DNA from: an uncultured Collinsella sp.
GTDB taxonomy: Bacteria > Actinomycetota > Coriobacteriia > Coriobacteriales > Coriobacteriaceae
Direction of reading: 5' to 3'
Assembly: GCA_902479045.1 (NCBI GenBank)
Contig: CABSNI010000004.1
Span: forward strand, 7,839 to 71,838
Length of the DNA: 64,000 nt
Below the pieces are notes generated by a model. It searched no databases, was not told the origin of the DNA, and saw nothing but the letters and a program-made list of their open reading frames with translations. Positions 32,990 to 43,771 of the stretch are shown piece by piece; the stretch's first letter is position 1; every line of letters starts with the position of its first letter. Position numbers and translations under genes: made by a program.

Positions 32990-33754
32990 TTACTGATAAT
33001 CGACGACGTCGATCCAGTTCTTCAGGAACTCATCGTTCACGTTGCGCTTACGAGCGAGCTCGGAAGCGGCGACGATGCTCGTCCACTGACGCACGACCTG
33101 CATGGGCATGTCGGCGCGGTCGCAGTAGAGCTCCAGGTAGGCCTCGGCCTGGTCCTTGCTGTTGAGGGCAAAGAGCAGGTAGGTGGTGGCAACGTCGGCA
33201 GCAGGGGAGCCCTGGGTAGCGTGTGCCCAGTCGCACACATAGAGCTGGCCGTCGTCGCCGACGATGACGTTGGAGGGGTTGAAGTCGCCGTGGCAGACCT
33301 TGAACTCCTTGGTCATGCCGTCCAGACGCTCCTGAAGGTTGTAGCGCGTGGTGGCATTGAGCTGATCAAGGCTGTCGATCATGCGGGCGAACTTGTCGCG
33401 CTGACGGTTAAGCAGCGGGGAGGTGTAGCCGTGGATCTCGATCTGGAGGTCGACGAACATCTCGAGGTACTCACCAAAGCGCTGGGGCTCGGCAGTCATC
33501 TTCTCGGCAAGGGTAGTGCCCGGAACCTTCTCGGTCACGAGCGCCCAGCCGTTGGCGTTCTCGAGCTGGGAAACCTCGAGAGCCTTGGGGCTGCGGATGC
33601 CGCACTCATTGATGCGGGCAAGATTCAAAGCCTCGTTGAACACGTCGGAGACGGGCTTGTTCTCGTTAAAGACCTTGACGATCTTGTCGCCCAGGTCGTA
33701 AACGACCTTGTTGCCACGGCGGACGAGCTCGGTCTTGGAATCGGGTAGCAGCAT
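32990..33754 (-). CDS. Aminoglycoside-phosphotransferase-like (APH/choline kinase fold) protein
   Basis: IVKVF, HGDFNPSNV catalytic motif, CDW metal-binding motif. Confidence 0.8.
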   Translation of the reverse strand: MLLPDSKTELVRRGNKVVYDLGDKIVKVFNENKPVSDVFNEALNLARINECGIRSPKALEVSQLENANGWALVTEKVPGTTLAEKMTAEPQRFGEYLEMFVDLQIEIHGYTSPLLNRQRDKFARMIDSLDQLNATTRYNLQERLDGMTKEFKVCHGDFNPSNVIVGDDGQLYVCDWAHATQGSPAADVATTYLLFALNSKDQAEAYLELYCDRADMPMQVVRQWTSIVAASELARKRNVNDEFLKNWIDVVDYQ

Positions 33755-33785
33755 GGTTGCATCCTTTCAACGATGCGATAGAAGC

Positions 33786-33826
33786 GACGGCGGGGGTGTG
33801 TGAAACACCCGTGCACCCCCGCCGTT
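33786..33826. other. Strong intercistronic hairpin between adhE and the kinase gene
   Basis: GACGGCGGGGGTG...CACCCCCGCCGTT; no 3' U tract on the minus strand. Confidence 0.55.
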
Positions 33827-33842
33827 AAAAACCGTGCTAAAA

Positions 33843-36491
33843 CTAGCAGACGGCGTAGTCCTGAGGCTCGCGGCCGTAGTAGGCGTCAAGGTAGAGCTCC
33901 TTGATCTCGCTCATCAGCGGGTAACGGGGGTTAGCGCCGGTGCACTGGTCGTTGAATGCCTGCTCGGTCATCTCGTCGAGGGTGTCGAGGAAGTACTTCT
34001 CGTCAACGCCGTACTCAGCGATGGTGTGCTTGACACCGATGAAGTCGCAGAGCTCGGTGAGCTTGGTGATGAAGTTCTCGAAGACCTCACGGTCGTCCTT
34101 GCCGTCGATGCCGCAGTAACGAGCCATCTCGGCGTAGTTGTGCAGCGCGTTGGGGTAAGGATACTGAGAGAAGGTTCCCATCTTGACAGGAGCCTCGGCG
34201 GCGTTGTAACGCATGACGCGGGTCAGGATGACAGCGTTTGCGAGGCCGTGGGGCAGATGGTGGAAAGCGCCGAGCTTGTGGGCCATGGAGTGGTTGAGGC
34301 CCAGGAAGGCGTTACCGAATGCCATACCGGCCATGCAGGATGCGTTGTGCATCTCCTCGCGAGCGTGCGGATCCTTGGCACCGTTGGTGAAGGAGCTCGG
34401 GAGGTTCTCGAAGACGAGCTTTGCGGCGCGCTCGGAGAGGCCCTTGGTGTAATCGGAAGCCATGATGGAGACGTAGGACTCGATGGCGTGGGTCATGACG
34501 TCAATACCGGAAGCTGCGGTGAGGCCCTTCGGGGCGGTCATGCAGTTGTCAGCGTCGACGATTGCCATGTTGGGGAGCAGCGCGTAGTCGGCGAGCGGCC
34601 ACTTGATGCCGGTCTCCTTGTCGGTGATGATGGCGAACGGCGTGCACTCGGAGCCAGTGCCCGAAGAGGTCGGGACGGCGACGAAGTAAGCCTTCTTGCC
34701 CATCTCGGGGAAGGTGAAGATACGCTTGCGGATGTCCATGAAGTCCATGGCCATGTCCTCGAAGTTCGCCTCGGGGTGCTCGTACATCATCCACATAATC
34801 TTGCCGGCGTCCATTGCGGAACCGCCGCCAACGGCGATGATGACATCCGGCTCGAAGAGCGTCATCTGCTTGGCGCCGCGACGTGCGCACTGCAGGGAGG
34901 GATCGGGCTCAACGTCGTAGAAGCAGTCGTGAGCGATGCCCATCTCATCGAGCTTGGCCTCGATGGCACGCGTGTTGCCATTCTTGAAGAGGAACTGGTC
35001 GGTAACGATGAAGGCGCGCTTCTTGCCCATTACGGTGCCGAGCTCGTCGAGTGCGACGGGCGTGCAGCCCTTCTTGAAGTAGACCTTCTCGGGTGCGCGG
35101 AACCACAGCATGTTCTCGCGGCGCTCTGCCACGGTCTTGACGTTGATCAAGTGCTTCACCCCAACGTTCTCGGAGACGGAGTTGCCACCCCAGGAGCCGC
35201 AGCCCAGGGTTAGAGACGGCTTCATGCCGAAGTTGTAGAGGTCACCGATGCCGCCGTGCGAGGACGGGGTGTTGATGACGATGCGGCAGGCCTTCATGAC
35301 GTGCTGGAACTTAGCGATCTTCTCGCTCTGTGCCGGGTGCACGTAGAGAGAGGCGGTGTGGCCCGGGCCACCTGCGAGGACGAGGTGCTCTGCCTTGTCA
35401 ACGGCCTCCTGGAAGTCCTTGGCGTGATACATAGCGAGGACCGGGGAGAGCTTCTCGTGGGAGAACTCTTCCTTCTCGGGATCGGTGGAGGTGACCTCGG
35501 CGATCAGGATCTTGGTCTTGGCGGGAACCTCGATGCCGGCGAGCTCGGCGATCTTGGCGGCAGCCATGCCGGGGATGCGGTGATCGAGAGCGCCGTTCTT
35601 GAACATGGCGGCACGCAGGGCCTCCATCTCGGCACCCTGCTTGACGAAGTAGCAGCCGCGCTTCTGGAACTCGGCCTTGACCTGGTCATAGATGGTGTCG
35701 ATGACGGTCACGGACTGCTCGGAAGCGCAGATCATGCCGTTGTCGAAGGTCTTGGAGTGGATGATGGAGTTGACGGCGAGCTTGATGTCCGCGGTATCGT
35801 CGATGATGACCGGGGTGTTGCCGGCGCCGACGCCGAGTGCGGGCTTACCGGAGGAGTAAGCAGCCTTGACCATGCCCGGGCCACCGGTTGCGAGAATGAT
35901 GTCGACGTCGCGCATGACCATGTTGGTCAGCTCGATGGACGGCTTGTCGACCCAGCCGATGATGCCCTCAGGAGCACCGGCCTTGACAGCTGCGTCGAGA
36001 ACGAGCTTGGCGGCGGCGATGGTGCACTTGGCGGCTGCCGGGTGCGGGGAGATGATGATGGCGTTACGGGTCTTCAGGCAGATGAGCGTCTTGAAGATGG
36101 CCGTGGAGGTCGGGTTGGTGGTCGGGATGACAGCGCCAACGATACCGATCGGCTCGGCGACCTTGGTGATGCCGTAAGCGTCGTCGCGCTCGATGACACC
36201 GCAGGTCTTGGTGTTCTTGTAAGCGTTGTAGATGTACTCAGCGGCGTAGTGGTTCTTGATGACCTTGTCCTCGAGAACGCCACGGCCGGTCTCCTCGATG
36301 GCGAGCTTGGCCAAAGGAATACGAGCCTTGTTGGCGGCCATAGCAGCCTCGTAGAAGATCTTGTCTACCTGCTCCTGAGTGTACTCAGCGAATTTAGCCT
36401 GGGCCTCACGCATAGATTTGAGTTTGGCCTCAAGCGCCTCCACGTTGTCCACGATGGCGGGAGTAGTGTTTTCCGGTGACTTTTTCACCAT
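33843..36491 (-). CDS. adhE: Bifunctional acetaldehyde-CoA/alcohol dehydrogenase
   Basis: PTTNPTST, DNGMICASEQ, GCGSWGGNSVSENV, GGGSAMDAGK, NHSMAHKLG, HGLANA. Confidence 0.97.
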   Translation of the reverse strand: MVKKSPENTTPAIVDNVEALEAKLKSMREAQAKFAEYTQEQVDKIFYEAAMAANKARIPLAKLAIEETGRGVLEDKVIKNHYAAEYIYNAYKNTKTCGVIERDDAYGITKVAEPIGIVGAVIPTTNPTSTAIFKTLICLKTRNAIIISPHPAAAKCTIAAAKLVLDAAVKAGAPEGIIGWVDKPSIELTNMVMRDVDIILATGGPGMVKAAYSSGKPALGVGAGNTPVIIDDTADIKLAVNSIIHSKTFDNGMICASEQSVTVIDTIYDQVKAEFQKRGCYFVKQGAEMEALRAAMFKNGALDHRIPGMAAAKIAELAGIEVPAKTKILIAEVTSTDPEKEEFSHEKLSPVLAMYHAKDFQEAVDKAEHLVLAGGPGHTASLYVHPAQSEKIAKFQHVMKACRIVINTPSSHGGIGDLYNFGMKPSLTLGCGSWGGNSVSENVGVKHLINVKTVAERRENMLWFRAPEKVYFKKGCTPVALDELGTVMGKKRAFIVTDQFLFKNGNTRAIEAKLDEMGIAHDCFYDVEPDPSLQCARRGAKQMTLFEPDVIIAVGGGSAMDAGKIMWMMYEHPEANFEDMAMDFMDIRKRIFTFPEMGKKAYFVAVPTSSGTGSECTPFAIITDKETGIKWPLADYALLPNMAIVDADNCMTAPKGLTAASGIDVMTHAIESYVSIMASDYTKGLSERAAKLVFENLPSSFTNGAKDPHAREEMHNASCMAGMAFGNAFLGLNHSMAHKLGAFHHLPHGLANAVILTRVMRYNAAEAPVKMGTFSQYPYPNALHNYAEMARYCGIDGKDDREVFENFITKLTELCDFIGVKHTIAEYGVDEKYFLDTLDEMTEQAFNDQCTGANPRYPLMSEIKELYLDAYYGREPQDYAVC

Positions 36492-36582
36492 TTGTGTCTC
36501 CTTGCGATCGGAGATTTACCCTACGCCTTGCATGATAGCAAGAAATTATTCGGTGAACGGTAAGATTCCCGTAAAAGGCACA

Positions 36583-36614
36583 CTAAAACGCTTCAATAAA
36601 CTGAAACGCTTTAA
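36583..36614. promoter_or_regulatory. Tandem LacI-family (cre-like) operators upstream of adhE
   Basis: CTAAAACGCTTCAA (36583-36596) and CTGAAACGCTTTAA (36601-36614), 18-bp period. Confidence 0.5.
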
Positions 36615-36642
36615 CTAAAACTATCTACCTGCTGCATCGCCC

Positions 36643-36695
36643 CACTCATTGGGGACAGACTTACATGAGTGCTTTCACTCATTGGGGACAGACAT
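36643..36695. repeat. Left 53-bp composite inverted repeat of RAYT element
   Basis: Two copies of CACTCATTGGGGACAGAC (36643-36660, 36676-36693) with internal hairpin ATGAGTG-CTTT-CACTCAT. Confidence 0.9.
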
Positions 36696-36824
36696 CGATT
36701 TGCCATTTTGCCGTTCTTGACCTATTTTTGCCGCTCATTGGATATAAATAGGTCACAGGCTCAGCATTTCGCGTTCCTTCTTTCCTTTTAGGTGTTGCCT
36801 GTTCAGTTTTTGAAAGGAGAGATT

Positions 36825-37601
36825 ATGCCCCGATGCGCCCGTGCCGTTTCGCTCACCGGCTATTACCACGTCTTTGACCGTGGTAACTCTAAACAGATTA
36901 TTTTTGAAGATGACTCCGACCGCTATCGTTTCCTATCGGATATCTCGGACAGGTTTGCGCGCCATGAAGTGGCGGTTTTGGCTTGGTGCCTTATGGACAA
37001 CCACTTTCATTTGATGGTTGATGATCCGTTCGACAATCTTTCAAAGGCGATGCAGTGCGCATTGACGGCATCTGCTAAGTATTTCAATGGGAAAACGGGG
37101 AGAACGGGGCATCTCTTTGATAATCGCTATTCGCGGGTCGCTGTTGAGTCGGACACGCAAGCGGTGCAACTGCTCGACTATATCCATCTCAATCCCGTGA
37201 AAGGTGCGCTCGACTCACTCGAGGCGTACCGCTGGTCAAGCTACAAGGCATATGAGCTGGGCTATGATCCCTTTGACATCTGTGATGCGGCCCCTATGCT
37301 CGATATTGTCGGAGGCTCCCGTTGCTATTGCGAGCATCTCAAGGAAGTTGCCGAGCGCATCTGGTCAGTGGAGGTTCTTCCACGCCGGTGGATCCCCGAT
37401 GAGGAGGTCCTTTCCATTGCGCGCGAAGTGCTTCCGAGCATAGATCCTGCGATGCTCAAGGCCCTGCCACGCCCCGATCGCGATGCCTGTCTGCTGAGGC
37501 TCAGGCGGGCGCATCTCACGGTCAAGCAAATTGCCCGTATCACCGGCATCGGCGCCACAAGCGTGACCAAGGCCACTGCAGGCTGGAAGGAGGCTGCGTG
37601 A
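36825..37601 (+). CDS. REP-associated tyrosine transposase (HUH-Y1) with C-terminal HTH
   Basis: YYHVFDRGNSKQIIF, CLMDNHFHL (HUH), GHLFDNRY, YIHLNPVK (catalytic Tyr), YRWSSY; C-terminal LTVKQIARITGIGATSVTK; SD AAGGAG. Confidence 0.88.
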   Translation: MPRCARAVSLTGYYHVFDRGNSKQIIFEDDSDRYRFLSDISDRFARHEVAVLAWCLMDNHFHLMVDDPFDNLSKAMQCALTASAKYFNGKTGRTGHLFDNRYSRVAVESDTQAVQLLDYIHLNPVKGALDSLEAYRWSSYKAYELGYDPFDICDAAPMLDIVGGSRCYCEHLKEVAERIWSVEVLPRRWIPDEEVLSIAREVLPSIDPAMLKALPRPDRDACLLRLRRAHLTVKQIARITGIGATSVTKATAGWKEAA

Positions 37602-37641
37602 GGCTGGGCAGGACCTGATCATGGCGCCGCATGTGTACGTC

Positions 37642-37694
37642 ATGTCTGTTCCCAATGCGTGAAAGCACTCATCTAAGTCTGTCCCCAATGAGCG
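37642..37694. repeat. Right 53-bp composite inverted repeat of RAYT element
   Basis: Reverse complement of 36643-36695 with 4 mismatches; extra partial copy CCCAATGAGC at 37695-37704. Confidence 0.9.
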
Positions 37695-37706
37695 CCCAAT
37701 GAGCAC

Positions 37707-37739
37707 AAAAAAGCGCCCTCCGTAGGGGAGGGCGCCTTT
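37707..37739 (-). terminator. Intrinsic terminator after rpmB
   Basis: AAAAAA-GCGCCCTCC-GTAGG-GGAGGGCGC on the plus strand. Confidence 0.75.
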
Positions 37740-37807
37740 GGTAAGTTCTATGTGAACGCGAGGTCTTTGACCCGGAGAGTCCGAGGTACTTGTTGGTAAG
37801 ACCTTAT

Positions 37808-37996
37808 TTAGGAGCGCGCAACCTTGCCAGACTTGAGGCAGGTGGAGCAAACGTTCATCTTGCGACGGTGACCATCGACGACGACGTAGACGCGCTGGAT
37901 GTTGGGGCGGAACTTACGGTTGGTGACGCGGTGAGAGTGGCTGATGGAGCGACCGGCAACGGGGTGCTTACCGCAAACTTCGCAAACTTTGGACAT
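37808..37996 (-). CDS. rpmB: 50S ribosomal protein L28 (zinc-ribbon form)
   Basis: MSKVCEVCGK...SHSHRVTNRKFRPN...VCSTCLKSG. Confidence 0.96.
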   Translation of the reverse strand: MSKVCEVCGKHPVAGRSISHSHRVTNRKFRPNIQRVYVVVDGHRRKMNVCSTCLKSGKVARS

Positions 37997-38302
37997 AACT
38001 GACCCTCCTTGGGCGACAAACGAACATGTCGCGTTAACAAACAAGCCTGAACTATAGCACAGAAGTCGCTCCCTGTGCGCAATCTACACAGAGATATTCC
38101 TCTTTCGGCGATAGTGCCCACGCCACGGCCCTGGACGTAGATCCGATTTGCGTGCAGCAGAGGGGATTATGCCAGCTCGTGCGTGTGTTTTCAAGCTCGT
38201 CCCACAAATATATATAGGTTTATGGAGCATTGGGCTCCGTTTACGGATTGCTCTGTATTTATGCTCGCAATTAAGCACGAGGTTGGCTACACTATCCCTT
38301 GA

Positions 38303-38408
38303 CCATTAAAGGGGTACGAGATACCCACATGGAATTACATAGCTGCCAAAGAGCAGCCTTTCCTGTGGGTGTCTGGTCCGCTTTAAGCGGTCGGGCATCT
38401 ATTTTTTT
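38303..38408 (+). promoter_or_regulatory. PyrR-dependent attenuator (binding loop, antiterminator, terminator)
   Basis: CCAT-TAAAG-GGGTA-CGAGA-TACCC-AC-ATGG loop; AGATACCCAC can pair with GTGGGTGTCT; terminator stem 38367-38400 plus ATTTTTTT. Confidence 0.75.
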
Positions 38409-38435
38409 GACTGTGTCAGCAGTCAAGACATGTGA

Positions 38436-39964
<1,529 letters not shown>

Positions 39965-39981
<17 letters not shown>

Positions 39982-41254
39982 GAATGCCCACGTCGTCGAC
40001 CCGTCCGTCGAGCTTGACGGTGTCGTTGACGTCCTGATTGACGGCGACAAGATCGCCGAGGTCGGCGAGAATCTCGCCGTCGAGGGAGCCGAGGTCCGCG
40101 ACCTTTCCGGCAAGTACCTCGTCCCCGGCCTGGTGGATATGCACGTTCACCTTCGCGAGCCCGGCTACGAGGTCAAAGAGGACATCGAGAGCGGCACCCG
40201 CGCAGCTGCCAAGGGCGGCTTTACCGGCGTGTGCGCCATGCCCAACACCGATCCCGTTACCGATAACGGCACCGTCGTGGAGTTCGTCAAGTCCCGCGCT
40301 GCCGAGGTCGGTCACTGCCGTGTCTATCCGTCGGGCGCCATGACCCGCGGTCTTAAGGGCGAGGCCATGTCCGAGATGGGCGATATGGTCGCCCACGGCG
40401 CCGTCGCCTTCACTGACGACGGTCGCGGCGTGCAGGGCGCGGGCATGCTCCGTCGCTGCATGGACTACGGTAAGATGTTCGGCAAGGTCTTTATGAGCCA
40501 CTGCCAGGACGAGGACCTGGTCGGCCACGGCCAGATCAACGAGGGTAAGGTCTCGACCCGTCTGGCTCTCGAGGGCTGGCCGGCTGCCGGCGAGGAGCTC
40601 CAGATCGCCCGCGACATCGAGATTGCCAAGCTGACCGGTGCCAAGCTGCACATCCAGCACATCTCCACCGCCCATGGCCTGGAGATCGTGCGTGCCGGCA
40701 AGGCCGCCGGCGTTCAGGTTACCTGCGAGGCCACCCCGCACCACATGTTCCTGACCGAGAACGACCTGGACGAGACCTACAACACCTCGCTCAAGGTCAA
40801 CCCGCCGCTGCGCACCGACGAGGACGCCGAGGCTATCCGTCAGGGTGTCATCGACGGCACCGTCGACGTTATCGTTACCGATCACGCTCCCCACACCCCG
40901 TGGGAGAAGGCCCGCGAGTTCGAGCTTGCGCCCTTTGGCATGATCGGCCTCGAGACCTCGCTGTCGCTCGTGCTCACCGAGCTGGTCAACACGGGCAAGA
41001 TGGGCGTGGGCCGCATGGTCGAGCTCATGGCCATCAAGCCGCGTGAGATCCTGGGCCTCGATCAGGTTCAGGTCAAGGCCGGCTCCGTTGCCGACCTGAC
41101 CGTGTTCGATCCCGCTGCCACCTGGACGGTCGGCGAGGACGGTTACGAGTCGCGTGCCGAGAACTCCGGTTTTGCCGGTCGCACGCTCACCGGTCGTGCC
41201 ACCGATGTGTTTGTCGGCGGCAAGCAGACGCTCGCCGACGGCTGCATCTGCTAG
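39965..41254 (+). CDS. pyrC: Dihydroorotase
   Basis: DMHVHLREPG, MPNT, KVNPPLR, TDHAPH. Confidence 0.96.
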
Positions 41255-41346
41255 CATAGCCTTATCGTTTTTGTGCGCGGTGCCCTTGCGGTGCCGCGCT
41301 TTCTGTTCGTTTTGACCATGCAACCGCATGGGGGATTGGAGCGTCT

Positions 41347-42138
41347 ATGCCCACACCTTCCACTGCACGCATGCACGACTTCGAGGTCGTATCGAACCAG
41401 GAGATCGCCGACGGCATCTTCTCGCTCGTCATCTCGGCCCCCAAGCTTGCAAGTGTGCTCAAGCCCGGTCAGTTTGTGAACATTGCCGTGCCCGGCGATG
41501 CGTCCTCGCTGCTTCGCGTGCCCCTGAGCTACTACCGCGCCGACGCCGAGGCCGGCACCGTCGAGCTGTGGTACGCCGTCGTGGGCGACGACACCCGTCG
41601 CCTGTCGCAGATGGCCCCCGGTTCCACCTCTAATCTGCTGGGCCCTGGCGGCCGCGGCTGGCTTGTTCCCGAGGGCGCCAGGAAGGCGCTGCTCGTGGCG
41701 GGTGGCATCGGTGTTCCGCCCGTGCTGTGCCTTGCCGGCAAGCTTGCCGAGCAGGGCGTGGATGTCGACGTTTGCTTGGGCTTTGGCACCGCTTCCAAGG
41801 CCGTGGGTGTCGATGAGTTCCGCGCGCTGGGCGCTACAGTTAGCGTGTGCACCGATGATGGCACGCTGGGCACGCACGGTTTTTGCACCGACCCGGCAGC
41901 TGAGCTGCTCGGCGAGGGCGGCTACGACTACGTGGCCAGCTGCGGTCCCGCCGTCATGATGAAGAAGGTCGCCGCCGCTGCCGCCGAGGCCGGTGCGTAC
42001 TGCGAGGTTTCGCTCGAGCGCATGATGAGCTGTGGCTTTGGTGCCTGCAACACCTGCAATGTCGAGACGGTCGACGGTATGAAGGGCGCCTGCATGTGCG
42101 GCCCCGTGTTCGATGCTTCCAAGGTGGTGGTCTTCTAG
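41347..42138 (+). CDS. pyrK: Dihydroorotate dehydrogenase electron transfer subunit
   Basis: PGQF, AGGIGVPP, MSCGFGACNTC, GPVF. Confidence 0.93.
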   Translation: MPTPSTARMHDFEVVSNQEIADGIFSLVISAPKLASVLKPGQFVNIAVPGDASSLLRVPLSYYRADAEAGTVELWYAVVGDDTRRLSQMAPGSTSNLLGPGGRGWLVPEGARKALLVAGGIGVPPVLCLAGKLAEQGVDVDVCLGFGTASKAVGVDEFRALGATVSVCTDDGTLGTHGFCTDPAAELLGEGGYDYVASCGPAVMMKKVAAAAAEAGAYCEVSLERMMSCGFGACNTCNVETVDGMKGACMCGPVFDASKVVVF

Positions 42139-43061
42139 TGGGTACCGTGAACATGGCCGTCGACTTCGGCGGCGTCAAGATGCAGAACCCCATCAACACC
42201 GCAGCCGGTACCTTTGGCTACGGATGGCAGTTCCAGAACTTCTTTGATGTCTCCCAGCTGGGCGCCATCACCACCAAGGGTTGCGCTGCCGAGCCCTGGC
42301 CCGGCAACCCCGCGCCCCGCATGGCCGAGATTCCCGGCGGCATGATCAACTCCGTGGGCCTTCAGAACCCCGGCGTGGCCGCTTTTGCCCGCGAGTCCGG
42401 TCCGTGGCTCGAACAGCTGTCCAAGGACGGCTGTCAGGTCATCTGTCAGGTTGCCGGCCACTCCGTCGAGGAGTTTGTCCGCGCGCTCGAGATGTATGTC
42501 GAGCTGTGCCCCTGGGCTGCCGGCTACGAGATCAACGTGAGCTGCCCCAATATCGCCGCCGGCGGTGCCGCCATGGGTTCCTCGCCCGAGGGCGCCTCTG
42601 CCGTTATGGCTGCTTGCCGCAAGGTGACCGATAAGCCGCTGTTCGTAAAGATGGCTCCGGTCAACGTTGCCGAGATTGCCAAGGCTCTCGAGGCCGCTGG
42701 CGCCGACGGACTTTCGGTCATCAACTCCATCCAGGGCATGGCCATCGATGTTCATACCCGCAAGTCCCGCGTGGCCAAGCCCAAGGGTGGCCTTTCGGGC
42801 CCGCTGTGCCACCACATCGCCGTGCGCATGGTCTGGGAGGTCGCCCAGGCCGTCGATATCCCCATCAACGGTGTCGGCGGCGTCATGACGGGCGAAGATG
42901 CGGCCGAGTTTATCCTGGCTGGCGCCACCTGCGTATCGGTCGGTATGGCCAACTTTGTCGATCCGTGCGCCTCGATTAAGATCGCGCACGAGCTCGAGGC
43001 TTGGGCGGAGTCCCAGGGCGTAAAGGACATCAACGAGCTGGTAGGTGCTTTCGAATGCTAG
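42138..43061 (+). CDS. pyrD: Dihydroorotate dehydrogenase 1B catalytic subunit (start may be ATG 42153)
   Basis: AGTFGYG, NSVGLQNPG, INVSCPN, GGLSGP. Confidence 0.95.
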   Translation: MGTVNMAVDFGGVKMQNPINTAAGTFGYGWQFQNFFDVSQLGAITTKGCAAEPWPGNPAPRMAEIPGGMINSVGLQNPGVAAFARESGPWLEQLSKDGCQVICQVAGHSVEEFVRALEMYVELCPWAAGYEINVSCPNIAAGGAAMGSSPEGASAVMAACRKVTDKPLFVKMAPVNVAEIAKALEAAGADGLSVINSIQGMAIDVHTRKSRVAKPKGGLSGPLCHHIAVRMVWEVAQAVDIPINGVGGVMTGEDAAEFILAGATCVSVGMANFVDPCASIKIAHELEAWAESQGVKDINELVGAFEC

Positions 43062-43771
43062 AGACCGATGCCCGCGACCGCGTTATCGTCGCCCTCGACT
43101 GCGACCGTGAGCGTGCGCTCGAGCTCGCCCACGAGCTTTCGGGTCATGCCGCTTGGCTCAAGGTTGGTATGACGCTCTATTACGCCGAGGGTCCCGAGAT
43201 CGTCAAGACGTTCAAGGACCTGGGCTTTAAGGTCTTCCTCGACCTCAAGTTCCATGACATTCCGCATCAGGTGCGCGGTGCCGCCCGTTCGGCCTCGCTT
43301 GCTGGTGCCGACCTGCTCTCGGTCCATGGTTTGGGTTCTGGTGCCATGCTCGCTGCGTGCCGTGAGGGTGCCGAGGAGGCGCGCGAGGACCGCGCCAAGC
43401 TCGTCGCCATCACCGTTCTCACGAGCATGAATCAGGATGCCTTGAGCGAGATCGGCGTCGATTCGCCCGTGGCCGAGGAGGCCGCCCGCCTGGCAAAGCT
43501 CGCTCAGGCCAGTGGCATCGATGGCATCGTGTGCTCGCCGATGGAGGCTCACGACATGCGTGAGCTGCTGGGTCCTGATGCCCTGATCGTGACTCCGGGC
43601 GTGCGTCCGGTGGGTGCCGCCCTTGGTGATCAGTCCCGCGTGGCGACGCCTTCCCAGGCTATCGAGCGCGGCGCAAGCCACATTGTGGTGGGCCGTCCCA
43701 TCACCGGCGCCGACGATCCGGTTGCCGCCTTTGACGCCATCGTCGCCGAGCTGGTCGAAAACGTCGCGTAA
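43055..43771 (+). CDS. pyrF: Orotidine-5'-phosphate decarboxylase
   Basis: FLDLKFHDIP, TVLTS, VTPGVRP, VVGRPIT. Confidence 0.96.
   Translation: MLETDARDRVIVALDCDRERALELAHELSGHAAWLKVGMTLYYAEGPEIVKTFKDLGFKVFLDLKFHDIPHQVRGAARSASLAGADLLSVHGLGSGAMLAACREGAEEAREDRAKLVAITVLTSMNQDALSEIGVDSPVAEEAARLAKLAQASGIDGIVCSPMEAHDMRELLGPDALIVTPGVRPVGAALGDQSRVATPSQAIERGASHIVVGRPITGADDPVAAFDAIVAELVENVA

Larger units (their letters stand above)
36643..37694 (+). mobile_element. RAYT/TnpA-REP locus flanked by GGGGACAG-containing inverted repeats
   Basis: Y1 HUH gene bracketed by 49/53-identical inverted repeats, between adhE and rpmB. Confidence 0.75.

Noticed and set aside
32990..33754. Aminoglycoside resistance gene
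   Set aside because: Only generic APH-fold motifs; host-like codon usage and metabolic context give no support for resistance.
36643..36693. Two 18-nt direct repeats with a 15-nt spacer as a mini-CRISPR
   Set aside because: Only two units, too short, no cas genes, and the spacer is conserved in the inverted copy at 37642-37694, so it is a terminal repeat.
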